A stretch of DNA of 64,000 nucleotides from Ophelia neglecta (Eukaryota). A program made the position numbers and the translations under genes. Below, piece by piece: positions 14,101 to 24,741 of this stretch. The stretch is from the NCBI GenBank assembly GCA_965285935.1, contig OZ260664.1, forward strand, positions 93,558,001-93,622,000, in the 5' to 3' direction. The notes below the pieces were generated by a model. That model saw only the letters and a list, made by a program, of their open reading frames with translations, did no database searches and was not told where the DNA came from. How positions within the stretch are numbered: the first letter of the stretch is position 1; every line of letters starts with the position of its first letter.

Positions 14101-17100
14101 CAACACTTGGAAGGTTTCCACCAGCACCAAAAAGACTACATACATCCTGTTTTCTCGTCACCGCCGCTCTGTTGACTATGAACTAAATCTTTTTCTTGGT
14201 TCTGACAAAATCACCAAGTCTTTTTCCCATTCCCACTTAGGTGTTTTATTAACCAGTAACTTGTCCTGGGATGAACACATCCTGCATATTGCCAAAAAAG
14301 CTTCTTCTAGGCTTAATATTATTAAATCTGTTAAATATGAAATGTCTCGCAAAGGCCGCGACATGGCTTACAAGTCATATGTTAGGCCCCTACTTGAATA
14401 CGGGTCAATACTTTTTGATAATGCTTCTGCTGAACTGCTCGATATCTTAGAAAACATAAATCTTAAAGCAGCCCGTATTGTCTGTGGTGCCCGTAAGGGC
14501 ACTTCTCATGATGCTCTTCTGCAGGAAGTGGGATGGGAATCTTTTCTTGCACGTCGTAAAGCGTCTCGCATTCTCAAGTTATTTGACATTTTTAACAACA
14601 ATACTCCTGCTCAGCTCCGGAACCACATCCCCCCACTTATTAGCCACTCCTATCCTACTAGGAGAACTTTTGAGGAATATGTGCCACTACCTTTCTTTCG
14701 CACTCAAAATTACAAACCTTTTTTCTTTCATAAAACCATCTGCGATTGGAACACGCTTTCATTGTCTACTCGTAATTTATGTCGGAAGTCCACGTTTAAA
14801 TCGTTGATACGGGAAAAATGTAAGAAGCCCCCGAAGTATTACTTTATGGGGTCACGCAAAACTCAGATTTTCCTATCCCAGTGCCGACTGTCATGCTCAT
14901 GCCTTAATTATCCCTGTGCGACGATTATGGGCTTCATCCTTGGTGCTGTCACCATGATACCCATCCATGTTAAACTTTGTTTGCCATGGATTTGCCATGG
15001 GTGGATTCGGGTGGTTTTTTTGTGTGGACTAACATACCCCCACTGAACCTTTTTCATGTGAGAAACCTTTGTTAACATTTTTGTCCAACCTAAACCATTT
15101 ACTGCTCGGACTATATCCCTGTTCTTCAGTAAGGGTGGTTTTTTAATTCAAGTAAGACCTAGGAACAATCTTAGTAGTGTTTTTGGTCCCGTGTACTGTA
15201 AGTATACATGCGTATTGCAGTAAGATAACCAATAGAACATGATATCTTAACAATGATGACGGTGTACACCAAAAAAGCAGTACCTTAAACACATTCAGTT
15301 TGCCAATAACAAAGCTGTATGTATATATATATAGCTGAGGTTTAGCCTATGCTGTTAAAAACTCATTGCAAATTAACTTTAGTTAGCAANNNNNNNNNNN
15401 NNNNNNNNNNNNNNNNNNNNNNNNNNNNNNNNNNNNNNNNNNNNNNNNNNNNNNNNNNNNNNNNNNNNNNNNNNNNNNNNNNNNNNNNNNNNNNNNNNNN
15501 NNNNNNNNNNNNNNNNNNNNNNNNNNNNNNNNNNNNNNNNNNNNNNNNNAGTATTTGTAATACTCAAGGCTGGGTTCATGGTAGACATTGTAAAGCCATT
15601 TATTATAATTCAAGAATGTTAGAACTATGTGATCAATAAATGTCACTAGTCATCTCCTTCATGTTATAATATACTAATACGTGTGCGAATTAAATGTAAA
15701 CAAATTATTAACTAACAGTCTACAATTTCAAATACAACAGCTCGATACGTCTGCTTTGGGGCAGGATGACGATCAATAAGTTTTATAGTGTATTATTCTG
15801 TTTTAATTTAACTGTCTGTAGACGACAACATTTTGATTGTTAAATGATATATATCGATTTATTTGTTTGGTTGTCCTATTTTTCAAACAGTTCAACAGAA
15901 GCAGGCAAATGCCAAACCTATGCCTTGACTGGTCGAATATAATCAGAAGTTTGAATAAAGTCCATAGGGTCAGCACAATAAGCTATACTGCAATTGACTT
16001 ACTGTGAGCATTGCCATTTCTATTGAAGATGGTGACACTGACAACTGTGTAGGCATCTTGTAGAGCGACGTACCACCAGGCTCTGTTCCCGTCCCCAGCG
16101 TCAGGATGGGCACAATACCGTTCTGCCGAGCCGATGATGCCGTCCACGGCTAGACCCGCGTGTAAACCATTATAAGTTCCTGTCTGAGAGGCCGGCTTTC
16201 CACGAGCTACATTACCTGTTAGAACAACAAGTTACGAATATGATATGATGTGCTTAATGGTGTAAGGTGTAAAGCCACTCGATCTCAAACTGACATGATT
16301 TAATCGAAAGCTGGTCAAGTTGACCTTATTTAATTCATTAGAGAGTTTTGGTAGGCGTTAGTAGATAAATAGTAGTGATTGGGTAGGGCTGAATTATCAG
16401 GGCTGGCTTGAAACGCCAACGACCATGTGTTACCTATTCTACAGCCAGTCCCAGTTCTCCGTATGCCGGCCGCCGGGGGATCATCCATCTGACACACTCC
16501 TTGGTACAAACATGCTCCTGTCTTCCTGTCACAGGCAGATGTACACAGACAAGGAAACACACACCCAGCATTGGTATCGCCAAACCTGCACAGATCTGGG
16601 GACAGATATGTAAACTAAATGAATTCATTTTGTTACGCATATTGATGGTGTCCTTTCAAAATATAACAGAAATAGCTATGTATTTTGTTTTATGATACCA
16701 AAAAAGGCCAAAACAACAACGACGTACTGCTCAAGGTAAATCTATAGCTCGGGGCGGAGATTAAGAATGTACCATACGTCAAAAAGCTTCGTAACTGATC
16801 ACCGACAGTCGGAGATCTGCCTTGCAAAAGTAGGCCCCTTGGTCAACCGTCATATTCGGAGTGTTAAAAAAAACTAGGTGTTGTCTGCATATTTGCGGGT
16901 GTTATCTCTAAAGGCACGATGATTTTGCCAGTGTGGCTATACCACGAGTCAGAACCAGACAAGGAAATGTTAGTGTATGCTAGCCCATCAGTAGCAGACA
17001 TATAGAGGTTACAAAGTAACCTGAAATTACATTTCCAAGGCTGCACAGCCTGGCCCGTCGTAGGTTTCAATAGGACGTTTGTCCCCTGGCTTTATTAAAG

Positions 17101-20100
17101 GTGCATCAACTGCCGTTAAACCATTGTCTCTCTACCCGTGATACGGACATACCAGTAACTTTAAGTCACTTCCTGTTCCTGAGGACTGTTCTTTTCTGCC
17201 CCTGTCTTGAAAACAAACAATTATTTTTCTCCTTCTGTATTCCACGCACGTTATTTATCCCAAATATTTTCTTAATACCTGTCTTTTCTACTCTGTCCAT
17301 TTTTTACTGAGATTAATTCCCTCTTATTGGACATTACAACCAACTCTTTCCTGGATTCCATGTTTTTCTCAATTAGTTCAATCTTATTTTATTCCAAATT
17401 ATTAAACAACCTCTCCTCGATTATATCAATCTGTTGTTGCATCTGTGTCTCGATTGCGATCAAAGTTTGCGATTTCATGTTATCAAGTGTTTTGTAAGAG
17501 CTGCCTCAATCGGTGTCAGCTGAAAGTCCATGTCTAACTTATCAAGTGAAATTCCTTCACTGAAGGCGTTTACCACTATACTGGGACAGTGTTTCCATGA
17601 CATAAGCAGCACGTTTAGCTTATGAATGTCAAGCCAGCGTATAATCGAATCCAGAACAAAAGAACAGGTCATGCAAGCTCTCACAACTTAGCCCAAAAGA
17701 TAGAGCCAACGGTATACATACAGGTATACTCTCCGGCATTGAACCAAAGCGTCCTACGTTATTGCTCATGCGATTATAGTTAAAATCTAAAATATAAGCC
17801 ACTACACTTACCCATGTACTGAGAAACGTTGGTATCATAATTATTGTATGCCATAAAAGAAAGCTTATTACTGTTCACGTGAAATTTTATGTGCTCCCAC
17901 GACGAATTTCTAATTTTTTACTTGAACTTTTTTTCAGGTTTTTTCAGCGGCGAAAGAGAAAACTGCGGCAGAAGCAGCTTGTCTTCTTACAATCATCTTA
18001 TATGAAAATAATGTCAACTATACACGAGCCTACTTACACCCAGTACAAATCTGATGTATGGGTAGGGTTGGGTTATACAATTACTGGTAGTGTAGATTTT
18101 GTTTCTACCAGAGCTGCTTTCGACACAGTTTTCCTTTTCGCTGTTTACACAAAGCCGCTTTTCACCCCGTGAACCATTTCTAAATAGCTGTGCAACTTGA
18201 TATATTATCATAAAGGAATGTAATTAATTCATATATTAATACAATCTATTGCATATCTCAGGATTTTACATGGGCTGTTAATATTTCCACACTGGAATAC
18301 TATAAAACAATGTAGGTCCTATATTATCCAGAAGTTTCTCCGAGGAAAATGCATAATAACTGTTTCGTGAACGCGACAGTCTTCCTAGCGGCCTAGATGT
18401 CACAACTACCAGTCTATCTATTTTTATAACGACTTTCTTAAACGTCTCACTCGGAATTTATTCACCAGAAATTGCCAGTGAGGCGTTTTTCAGGTAAGCT
18501 GTAACATGGAACCCCCCCCCCCCCTCGCCGACATACATAAATGCCCTCGTCCCTACACCCATAAAGTGTTGGTTCTATATTCCACTTCAGCAGACACTCT
18601 GTAATTCATGTAACTTTATAGAAAACGAATTTCCTGCACTAACTAATATTTAATATTTGCTTTTAAGTTGAGCTGTCCATTTACAATTATAACGCATTGT
18701 AACTGTTCTTTGGGTAACCATGTGTTCTGTGTTCTACATGTACCTGTATTGTGGCAACACATTCTACCTATACCTGTCTATAAGTTTGCTTGTCGACAGC
18801 ATGTATGTGGGTACACTGTGTAGCCTACCAACCAGTAGTGGTTTAAGGCGAATAAAGATGACATGCCTACATTTATACATGTATTTATGACTATTTTAAA
18901 TATCGTTTGCTTAGTATATACTGAGAAAAACGGTCGCAATCAATTATAACTTGCTGAGCATTACACGCTACTTTTTCACTATTGTTTTAACAGTTGCGCA
19001 GCCTGGATGGTAGTGTCTAGGTTGTTCGAAATTTTGCATTGCTTTCTTCAATCTCCCACTGAATGTCAGTCAATTTTATGTATATGTATTGTTTGTCATA
19101 TGCATGTAGTTTTGTCAGCTGGCCCAAGTGCCTCGAATCAACCATCAAGCACGAATGCCTTTCACGATAGTGTAGAAAATCGCCCGAGCGATACACATCG
19201 TATTGTACCGATCTATACAGCTACACATGTAATGGCTGCAGGGTTACCATACCCGCCTTTAATGTACACTTGTGGGATATAGTACGAGCTACCTTAAGTT
19301 AAGGAGAAAGGACGAGGAGGTGTGTATTAGTTAAATGAACTTTTAACGAATATTAAATGAATATTTAACTAATACACACCTCCGAGTCCTTTCACCGACT
19401 TAGAATCCAACCAGCCGTATCGTACATTCTTAAAACAAAGGCCAATCACACGTGCGAGGTCATGCTTGACTGGACACTGTCCAGTGCCGGCATACGTGTA
19501 TATACGGTAAAGTTTTGCAGTCCTCTTTGCTTGCTGTTGTTGTTGTTTTTTGGGGTTTTACGTGCTGCCGTAGACACCAGACAGGGAACCCCACCCAGTC
19601 ACATTATACTGAGACCGGGTTGACCAGTCCTGATACTTCCCCGAATTACAAGACTGAGTACAATATTCTATTGTTTTACAAAGGAAACTGCAGTCATAAG
19701 TTCCCTTTAATATAAGGCCAACTAGGAGTTTATTAACTCACCTGTTAATTAAAGAAATGCCTGTTGAGTAAGACAGTATAATATCAATGGTGTTATCTCT
19801 AGTTAGTAATTTATTAGAGTAGCTTTCATGGAAAATACGTGAATGTAGGACCTGTATATACTGTTGATTGAATCAGAGACATATATTTATAGTACAATAG
19901 CACTATAAGTCTCCGATTGAATTTTTCCAAAGCTACTACGGCTGTTCCTTTGTTTTGAGAATATCCTGTTCCTTTGTTCCTTTGTTTTAAGAATGTACTG
20001 TTCCTATGCTTTAAGAATGTACTTTGCTTCGTTTTAAGAATGTACGATACGATCCAGCGTAGTTCAATACTTCAGATAATGTACTGCTGAAACAATAGCA

Positions 20101-20799
20101 CTACGTCATAGAAGGATTTTAAGCATATTGAAGCGGGTGTACACCAGGCTTATTACCACGGGGTGTACATCAGGCTTATTACCAAGGGGTGTACACCATG
20201 CTTATTACCACGAGGTGAACACCAGGCTTATTTCCAGGGGCTGTACACTAGACTTATTACCAAGGTACTTATTACCCGAGAAATATCGATGATTGAGGCA
20301 TAACGTACATCACATTTTAAAAGATAATTTTCACATCAATGGTTTTACAAATATGACACGCAAACTGAAGGGCTAGGATATGCTTCAGCAAGCAGCCCCC
20401 ATGTATTCTTACACACAGACAATCACGAATGGGTTGTGTGCAGTACATTTTCCGGACAACTGCCAGGTACATTGATTCAAAAAATAAATATAAAAAAACT
20501 ATACATATCTCAATCTTACCTGTATTCAAAAATCACAAGGCCTATTCTGAACAACCGAAGTAAATTACATAAAGTCCAATATGACATGTCACGTTAGAAC
20601 CATATCAATAAGTGCGTGTTTTTACTAACCAGCTAGGAATGAGCTACACAGACATGCAGTCACAAACATCACTAGACAACACATTGTAACAATATATGTA
20701 TTAGCTTGACAGCAATATTCACTAACCTGTCTGGCCAGTTACTATGAGAATCAAAACGCCTGTAGTTATAAGCAAACTAACATAGACTTCACAAATCAT
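5191..20799 (-). CDS. Receptor paralog A: F-type lectin/multiple EGF/FN3 type-I membrane protein (MEGF10/SCARF-like), about 714 aa, apparently intact
   Basis: GT-AG, phase-compatible exons: 20799-20727 signal; 16595-16434 8-Cys EGF-like; 16215-16003 and 10835-10614 FTLD (NVARGKPASQ..AVDG..CAHP..WWYV..IFNR|KR..GRYV..LCEVMVHG); 8249-8166 EGF; 7418-6690 EGF repeats; 6576-6229 FN3; 6043-5929 TM; 5668-5532 and 5252-5191 tail (VYETP..TYVN..MYEALNTNGDM*). Total 2145 nt, no internal stop. An N-gap lies in intron 3. Confidence 0.85.
6229..6576 (-). CDS. Paralog A exon 7: fibronectin type III domain
   Basis: VTSASITVEW..YGYRI..LPGLLANITYQI; 348 nt, phase 1-1. Confidence 0.85.
6690..7418 (-). CDS. Paralog A exon 6: tandem 8-Cys EGF-like repeats
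   Basis: 729-nt phase 1-1 exon with repeated C..C..C.....G.C...C..G(F/W/Y)Y...C pattern; matches ORF 6628-7302. Confidence 0.9.
10614..10835 (-). CDS. Paralog A exon 4: C-terminal half of the F-type lectin domain
   Basis: tttcatag|AA CGA; RTGNFRLGVG..LC..C..VTGRYVTI..LGLCEVMVHG. Confidence 0.85.
10964..15113. mobile_element. Non-autonomous TIR DNA transposon (Academ-like) with a nested LINE
   Basis: Termini TAGTCC..GGACTA; about 105-bp near-perfect inverted repeats (10993-11098 and 14987-15091); 3-bp TSD TAT (10961-10963 and 15114-15116); empty site aacctatccctg in paralog C at about 44655. Superfamily inferred from TAG..CTA ends and TSD length. Confidence 0.75.
11360..14910 (+). mobile_element. 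Degenerate CR1/L2-group LINE ORF2 (APE endonuclease and reverse transcriptase), 3'-truncated
   Basis: NIRS, ETWL, LDH, DH endonuclease motifs; KATGAD, NYRPISLL, DFTKAFD, GVPQG, FADD RT motifs over frameshifted ORFs 11833-12471, 12598-13185, 13146-13952 and 14261 to about 14910. Boundaries approximate. Confidence 0.9.
15390..15549. other. Assembly gap (160 N) in intron 3 of paralog A
   Basis: Run of n. Flanks match about 145 bp of intron in paralog B (about 30205-30348). Confidence 0.98.
16003..16215 (-). CDS. Paralog A exon 3: N-terminal half of the F-type lectin domain
   Basis: GNVARGKPASQTGTYNGLHAGLAVDG..YCAHP..AWWYV..IFNRNGNAH. Absent from the ORF track; read directly from the sequence. 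Confidence 0.85.
16700..17720 (-). mobile_element. LINE ORF1 relic, paralog A copy (internally deleted)
   Basis: Homologous to 46400-47460; WYSHTGKIIV in ORF 16864-17070. Confidence 0.5.
19298..20122. mobile_element. Unit-A-specific non-autonomous insertion with internal inverted repeats (family uncertain, possibly Crypton-like)
   Basis: Absent at the homologous site in B and C. TTAAG at both junctions. Two perfect 21-bp IR pairs (19316-19336/19363-19383 and 19416-19436/20031-20051). Short tandem repeats at 19940-20045. Confidence 0.55.
19528..19640 (-). mobile_element. SINE fragment (molluscan MetaSINE-like core with CAA tail)
   Basis: Minus strand GGACTGGTCAACCCGGTCTCAGTATAATGTGACTGGGTGGGG..CGTAAAACCCC(A)n(CAA)n. 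Family recognised from memory, not from a search. Confidence 0.4.
20136..20275. repeat. 26-bp minisatellite (about 5 units), intron 1 of A
   Basis: Same consensus. Confidence 0.85.
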
Positions 20800-21007
20800 G
20801 TTCAGACCATAGCCACAGCTTGTAGATCAAGGTGTCATTAAGAAGTGAACTGAATCTATAGCATCAATGCTATGATATTTACATGTACTTCCTGGTTTCT
20901 AACTATTAAGCACTCCTCCCTCAACAAATAAACGCGCCTCTCCATGCGTTAAGGCGGCCCATAAGGTTCCGATGGGTAAAATGTTACGACGTGATCAAAT
21001 GTTGATG

Positions 21008-21350
21008 ACGGTAAACCATGTGTGAAGCATTTTGGAAGAAATTGGTGAGAAAAATTCTAATCCGTCAAAAACCTACACAATTTCACCTGAACTGTAGTGG
21101 AATATTCTACGGCACTTGTATGACAAGGCGACCACTATTCCATGTACACTTGTAGGGACAGAGCGTGTACAGGTACGGGTAGAATTATTACTCCACGCAA
21201 TGGCATCACTTGGTGTACCTAATATGCTGATACAAGTTACGCAGAATTGGGAATGTCCCGTACAGTTAAGGGAAATTGTGTAGGTTGTCTTGCTTTGCAA
21301 TTTATTTCTCTCTAATTTATCACAAAATGCTTCACACATGGTTCACCGGT
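21008..21350. mobile_element. MITE-like foldback element upstream of receptor A exon 1
   Basis: About 110-bp imperfect inverted arms, AACCATGTGTGAAGCATTTT..AAAATGCTTCACACATGGTT. Confidence 0.65.
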
Positions 21351-21859
21351 AGTGTTGTTCCTCCCTGTCTGCTCTCGGCGTAATAAGGAGATTCGTGTAC
21401 CTCTAAAATTATCAAATGTTATGTTTTATAGTTTTTTCCAGTTGGTTCACTGAAGTGTCCCGATTACACCATCAGGCTCGGAAGCCGACAATATAAGCAT
21501 ATTATGATAAAATACAGGGATTAAGACCTGTTTTTGTCAATGACACAGAAATTGTTTATTTTAAAATGAATAGTAATTTAAACACATGTGGTAATAGCAA
21601 TTACTAATATTTCTTCTTAAATTCTTTGTGTAATTTTCGACGTTCGTGATTGCATAACAAGATTGGATAAATTTAAATGCAGCCAGGTATATTATGGTAA
21701 AAAGTTGAACCGTGTTCCCTAAAACAAAACAAAATAAACGGCCAATGAGAAGTCACCAATTGATCACCGAAACAGTTAAAGTTGTCGTGGACAACTATTT
21801 GTGGTTTACATTACATCCAGCAATGACTTCCCTTGCTTTATCAACAAACCTGCCTTCAC

Positions 21860-23053
21860 CTGAGTGGTAATATAATGCTTTGTGTGCTTAATGGGCGTTC
21901 ACAAAACGTTCAAAAAACGTTTAGTTGCCTCAAGGCTTTGCATTGTATGATAGGTCCCATTTTAGTCATGTATAGTGTTTCAGCATGTACGTTAAGAATA
22001 ATAAACACTCTTCTCTGATCATTGTAGGGCTAGTAGGTCTCGGAGGGGGTTTACATTTAGACAATTCTTTATTTCTTTCCATGAAGGAGATGTTCATATA
22101 TAGAGCATATTGAAAATCAATCATGAATATATTTTTTATACTATGAGGTATCTTTTGTAGAATTTATAAAATTTTGTGCATTAAATGGTTTGAGTATCGT
22201 GATTTCCTATGTATAATTAACCGAGGTAATTCGGTTGTTGAATATATATTTGTATATATATATATAAAGTATGATATGTTACCGGTACTTTCTATGTGAT
22301 CTAAGCCACCAGATCACTCCATTTCATTACTACAAGTTATTTACTGTTGTGATGCATTTGACAAAGGTAATCTGGAAATAGGGTCTAGTGAAACTACTAG
22401 GGTTAAGTATGGTTCGCTAAAATGAAGCACTGACCCATAGGAGCAGTTACAATGTTAGAAACATCCCAGAATTGTATAAATAATGATACCCCGAGAACTG
22501 ATTTGATTAATATGAACACCCATGTTGAGATATGTTACAAAAATCAGCACGAGGTTATTGTTGGATGCCTTTGTTGTAAATTTGTGTTCGTGGAAATAGA
22601 TTCCTGCCTTGAATTGAAAAAAGGCTCTACTGGTCTCGAGCGACAGGGATTCAAGCCCTTTGTCCGTATTATGGAAGACCATTCAAGACAAAGCTTATAT
22701 ATTTAAAACTTCCAGATGTCCACGACCTTGACAACAATCTAAATTGCCAGAGATCAATTAGCTTAAGTATCTTTGACCACATGATACGGACCAAGGAACG
22801 CACATTTCGGCGCTCCTTGGTGATTGATTATTATCCTCTGAATGACAGCCACCCAGTTGGAATAACGTTAAGAAAAAAGGTCCTCGAAAAGTTCTGGTAT
22901 TCCAGTGAAGGTAGATATCGTGTTGCCAGTGTTTCGGTTAATATCAGTCACATAGTACAAACTCAATTGGTGGCGGTAAAGTCGTATTTTATTTGGGCGT
23001 CAAAACATAAACGGGTACGGGTACAAATGGGGCTAACGAAAATGTGTCATTAA
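21860..23053 (+). pseudogene. Decayed unidentified plus-strand gene, copy 2
   Basis: ORFs 22452-22706 and 22781-23053 are its frameshifted pieces. Confidence 0.5.
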
Positions 23054-24741
23054 TATCGTCTACAAACAAACAATTGGCTAAACAACCTCATTTACGCTTT
23101 CGTAACTAGGCAAGTTGAATACAATTATAGCCTATTATATATCATGATTGATATTACAGTGACTGCAGATGGTCATAAGATCTAGCAGATTCTCTACCCC
23201 CAATTTCGAGACAATAGTCAATGTAACAAAAAGAAACTAGGATAAGGGAATTTAAATCTCGCTGTACTGATTTGAGCCAAACTTGCGTTTGATGTTTGTT
23301 GGGCTGCTGCTGACGGTTCCTTCGGGCTGGTTCATTATCATTCCTGATTAATGTCTTTGAATTGTTTGCTGGACATTTGAAAAATGTACAGCTCATTATT
23401 TGATGACGTGCAAATGCTGGCTTTGCTTGCTTATTAAAATTGTAGTTGTAATTGTATTTTGTGATTATCCGTGTCTTCCGATAAATGTATGAGCATCATG
23501 AATAGGACTCATTGCACCTGTCGGTTATCTTGATGAAAAGCATTTTATATAAAGAGTGCTCTCTGAAGAAGCAGCTTGATTATAACCAAGAGTATCTTGT
23601 ATGTTATAAGTAATACCTACATTCAATATTGAAGGAAAATTAAGTATGTCAGTTCAAGTACGTAGGTTTATTACCATCCGACAAAGAAGCAAGTACAACC
23701 AACAAACAACAGTGGTGTTAAAGAAAACACAAAGAATCAAATTATAAAACATTATACTAGTGAAATTAACTGCAATTTGGCCTCATAAAACACGTGTATA
23801 TATTATGTATATATTATGTTGAACGATGAAAATGCCGCATTTTTCATACTAAGTCAGTTAATTTGGTGGACACGCTGTCGGTGGGAACCCTTCCAGAAAT
23901 AACACTTATGTTATTGACAAATATACACGTGTGAAATAAAATACCTTTAAAATAACTTTTTAAGAACAAACAATGGTAAACACAGGAATTATAAATAATA
24001 AGCTAAATATACTTTTTTGCTTAAGTAAACGAGGTTGCTTTTATAATGCACTGCTGCATTTTAAGACTTAAAATTTGAAAACAACTTTATATGCGTTTGA
24101 TATGTGAACATTTCCAGACCCTAAGAATTCTCGGAAAGGAGAAATGACAATGTGATTGAACTGATTTAAATTGTCAAGTATGTCTGCAGATCGTTAAAAG
24201 TACAGTCCAATATATAAAAGGGTAACCGGTTTTATGTCTTGTTCCAGGCTAGGCCTGTTCACAAGGAAAAACTAATTTCACCTGGTATATATACCTGCTG
24301 AATCATTTCTCTCCTAAGTCATCTTAACTCCTCAGGGAAAATACACAGAACAGTCGCCGCAGCGCCAGAAATCTAATTCATTTGGCAACCAGGTAACCAT
24401 TCGCCTCTTAGGTAGAGAGTGGTTCATTTTGTTTAAAGTCTTTGTCAGAGGTGATCGCCGGTCATTCAGTCTGGGAGCTGTCCTCAATACCAATTCGGCC
24501 AAAGCGCCACAAATAATATATAGGACTTTACGTCATCAAAATATTCTGACTTGAATCTTGGGAGGCGATTTAAAATCAATTAAATGGCTTAAATATTTAT
24601 GACCCCAGTAGAGCAATATTAACAAGCTGATTTTTTATTTTGTACGGGAAAATGAAACAAAAAGCACATTTGTTTCATGTTGGAAAATTGTGATTTTAAC
24701 GTAGGTACACAAGTGGCATTGTGCAATTAATTTGTACCTAC

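Noticed and set aside
15349-15646. ORFs across the N run, or a hidden exon in the gap
   Set aside because: Gap artefact; the homologous interval in paralog B is short intron sequence.
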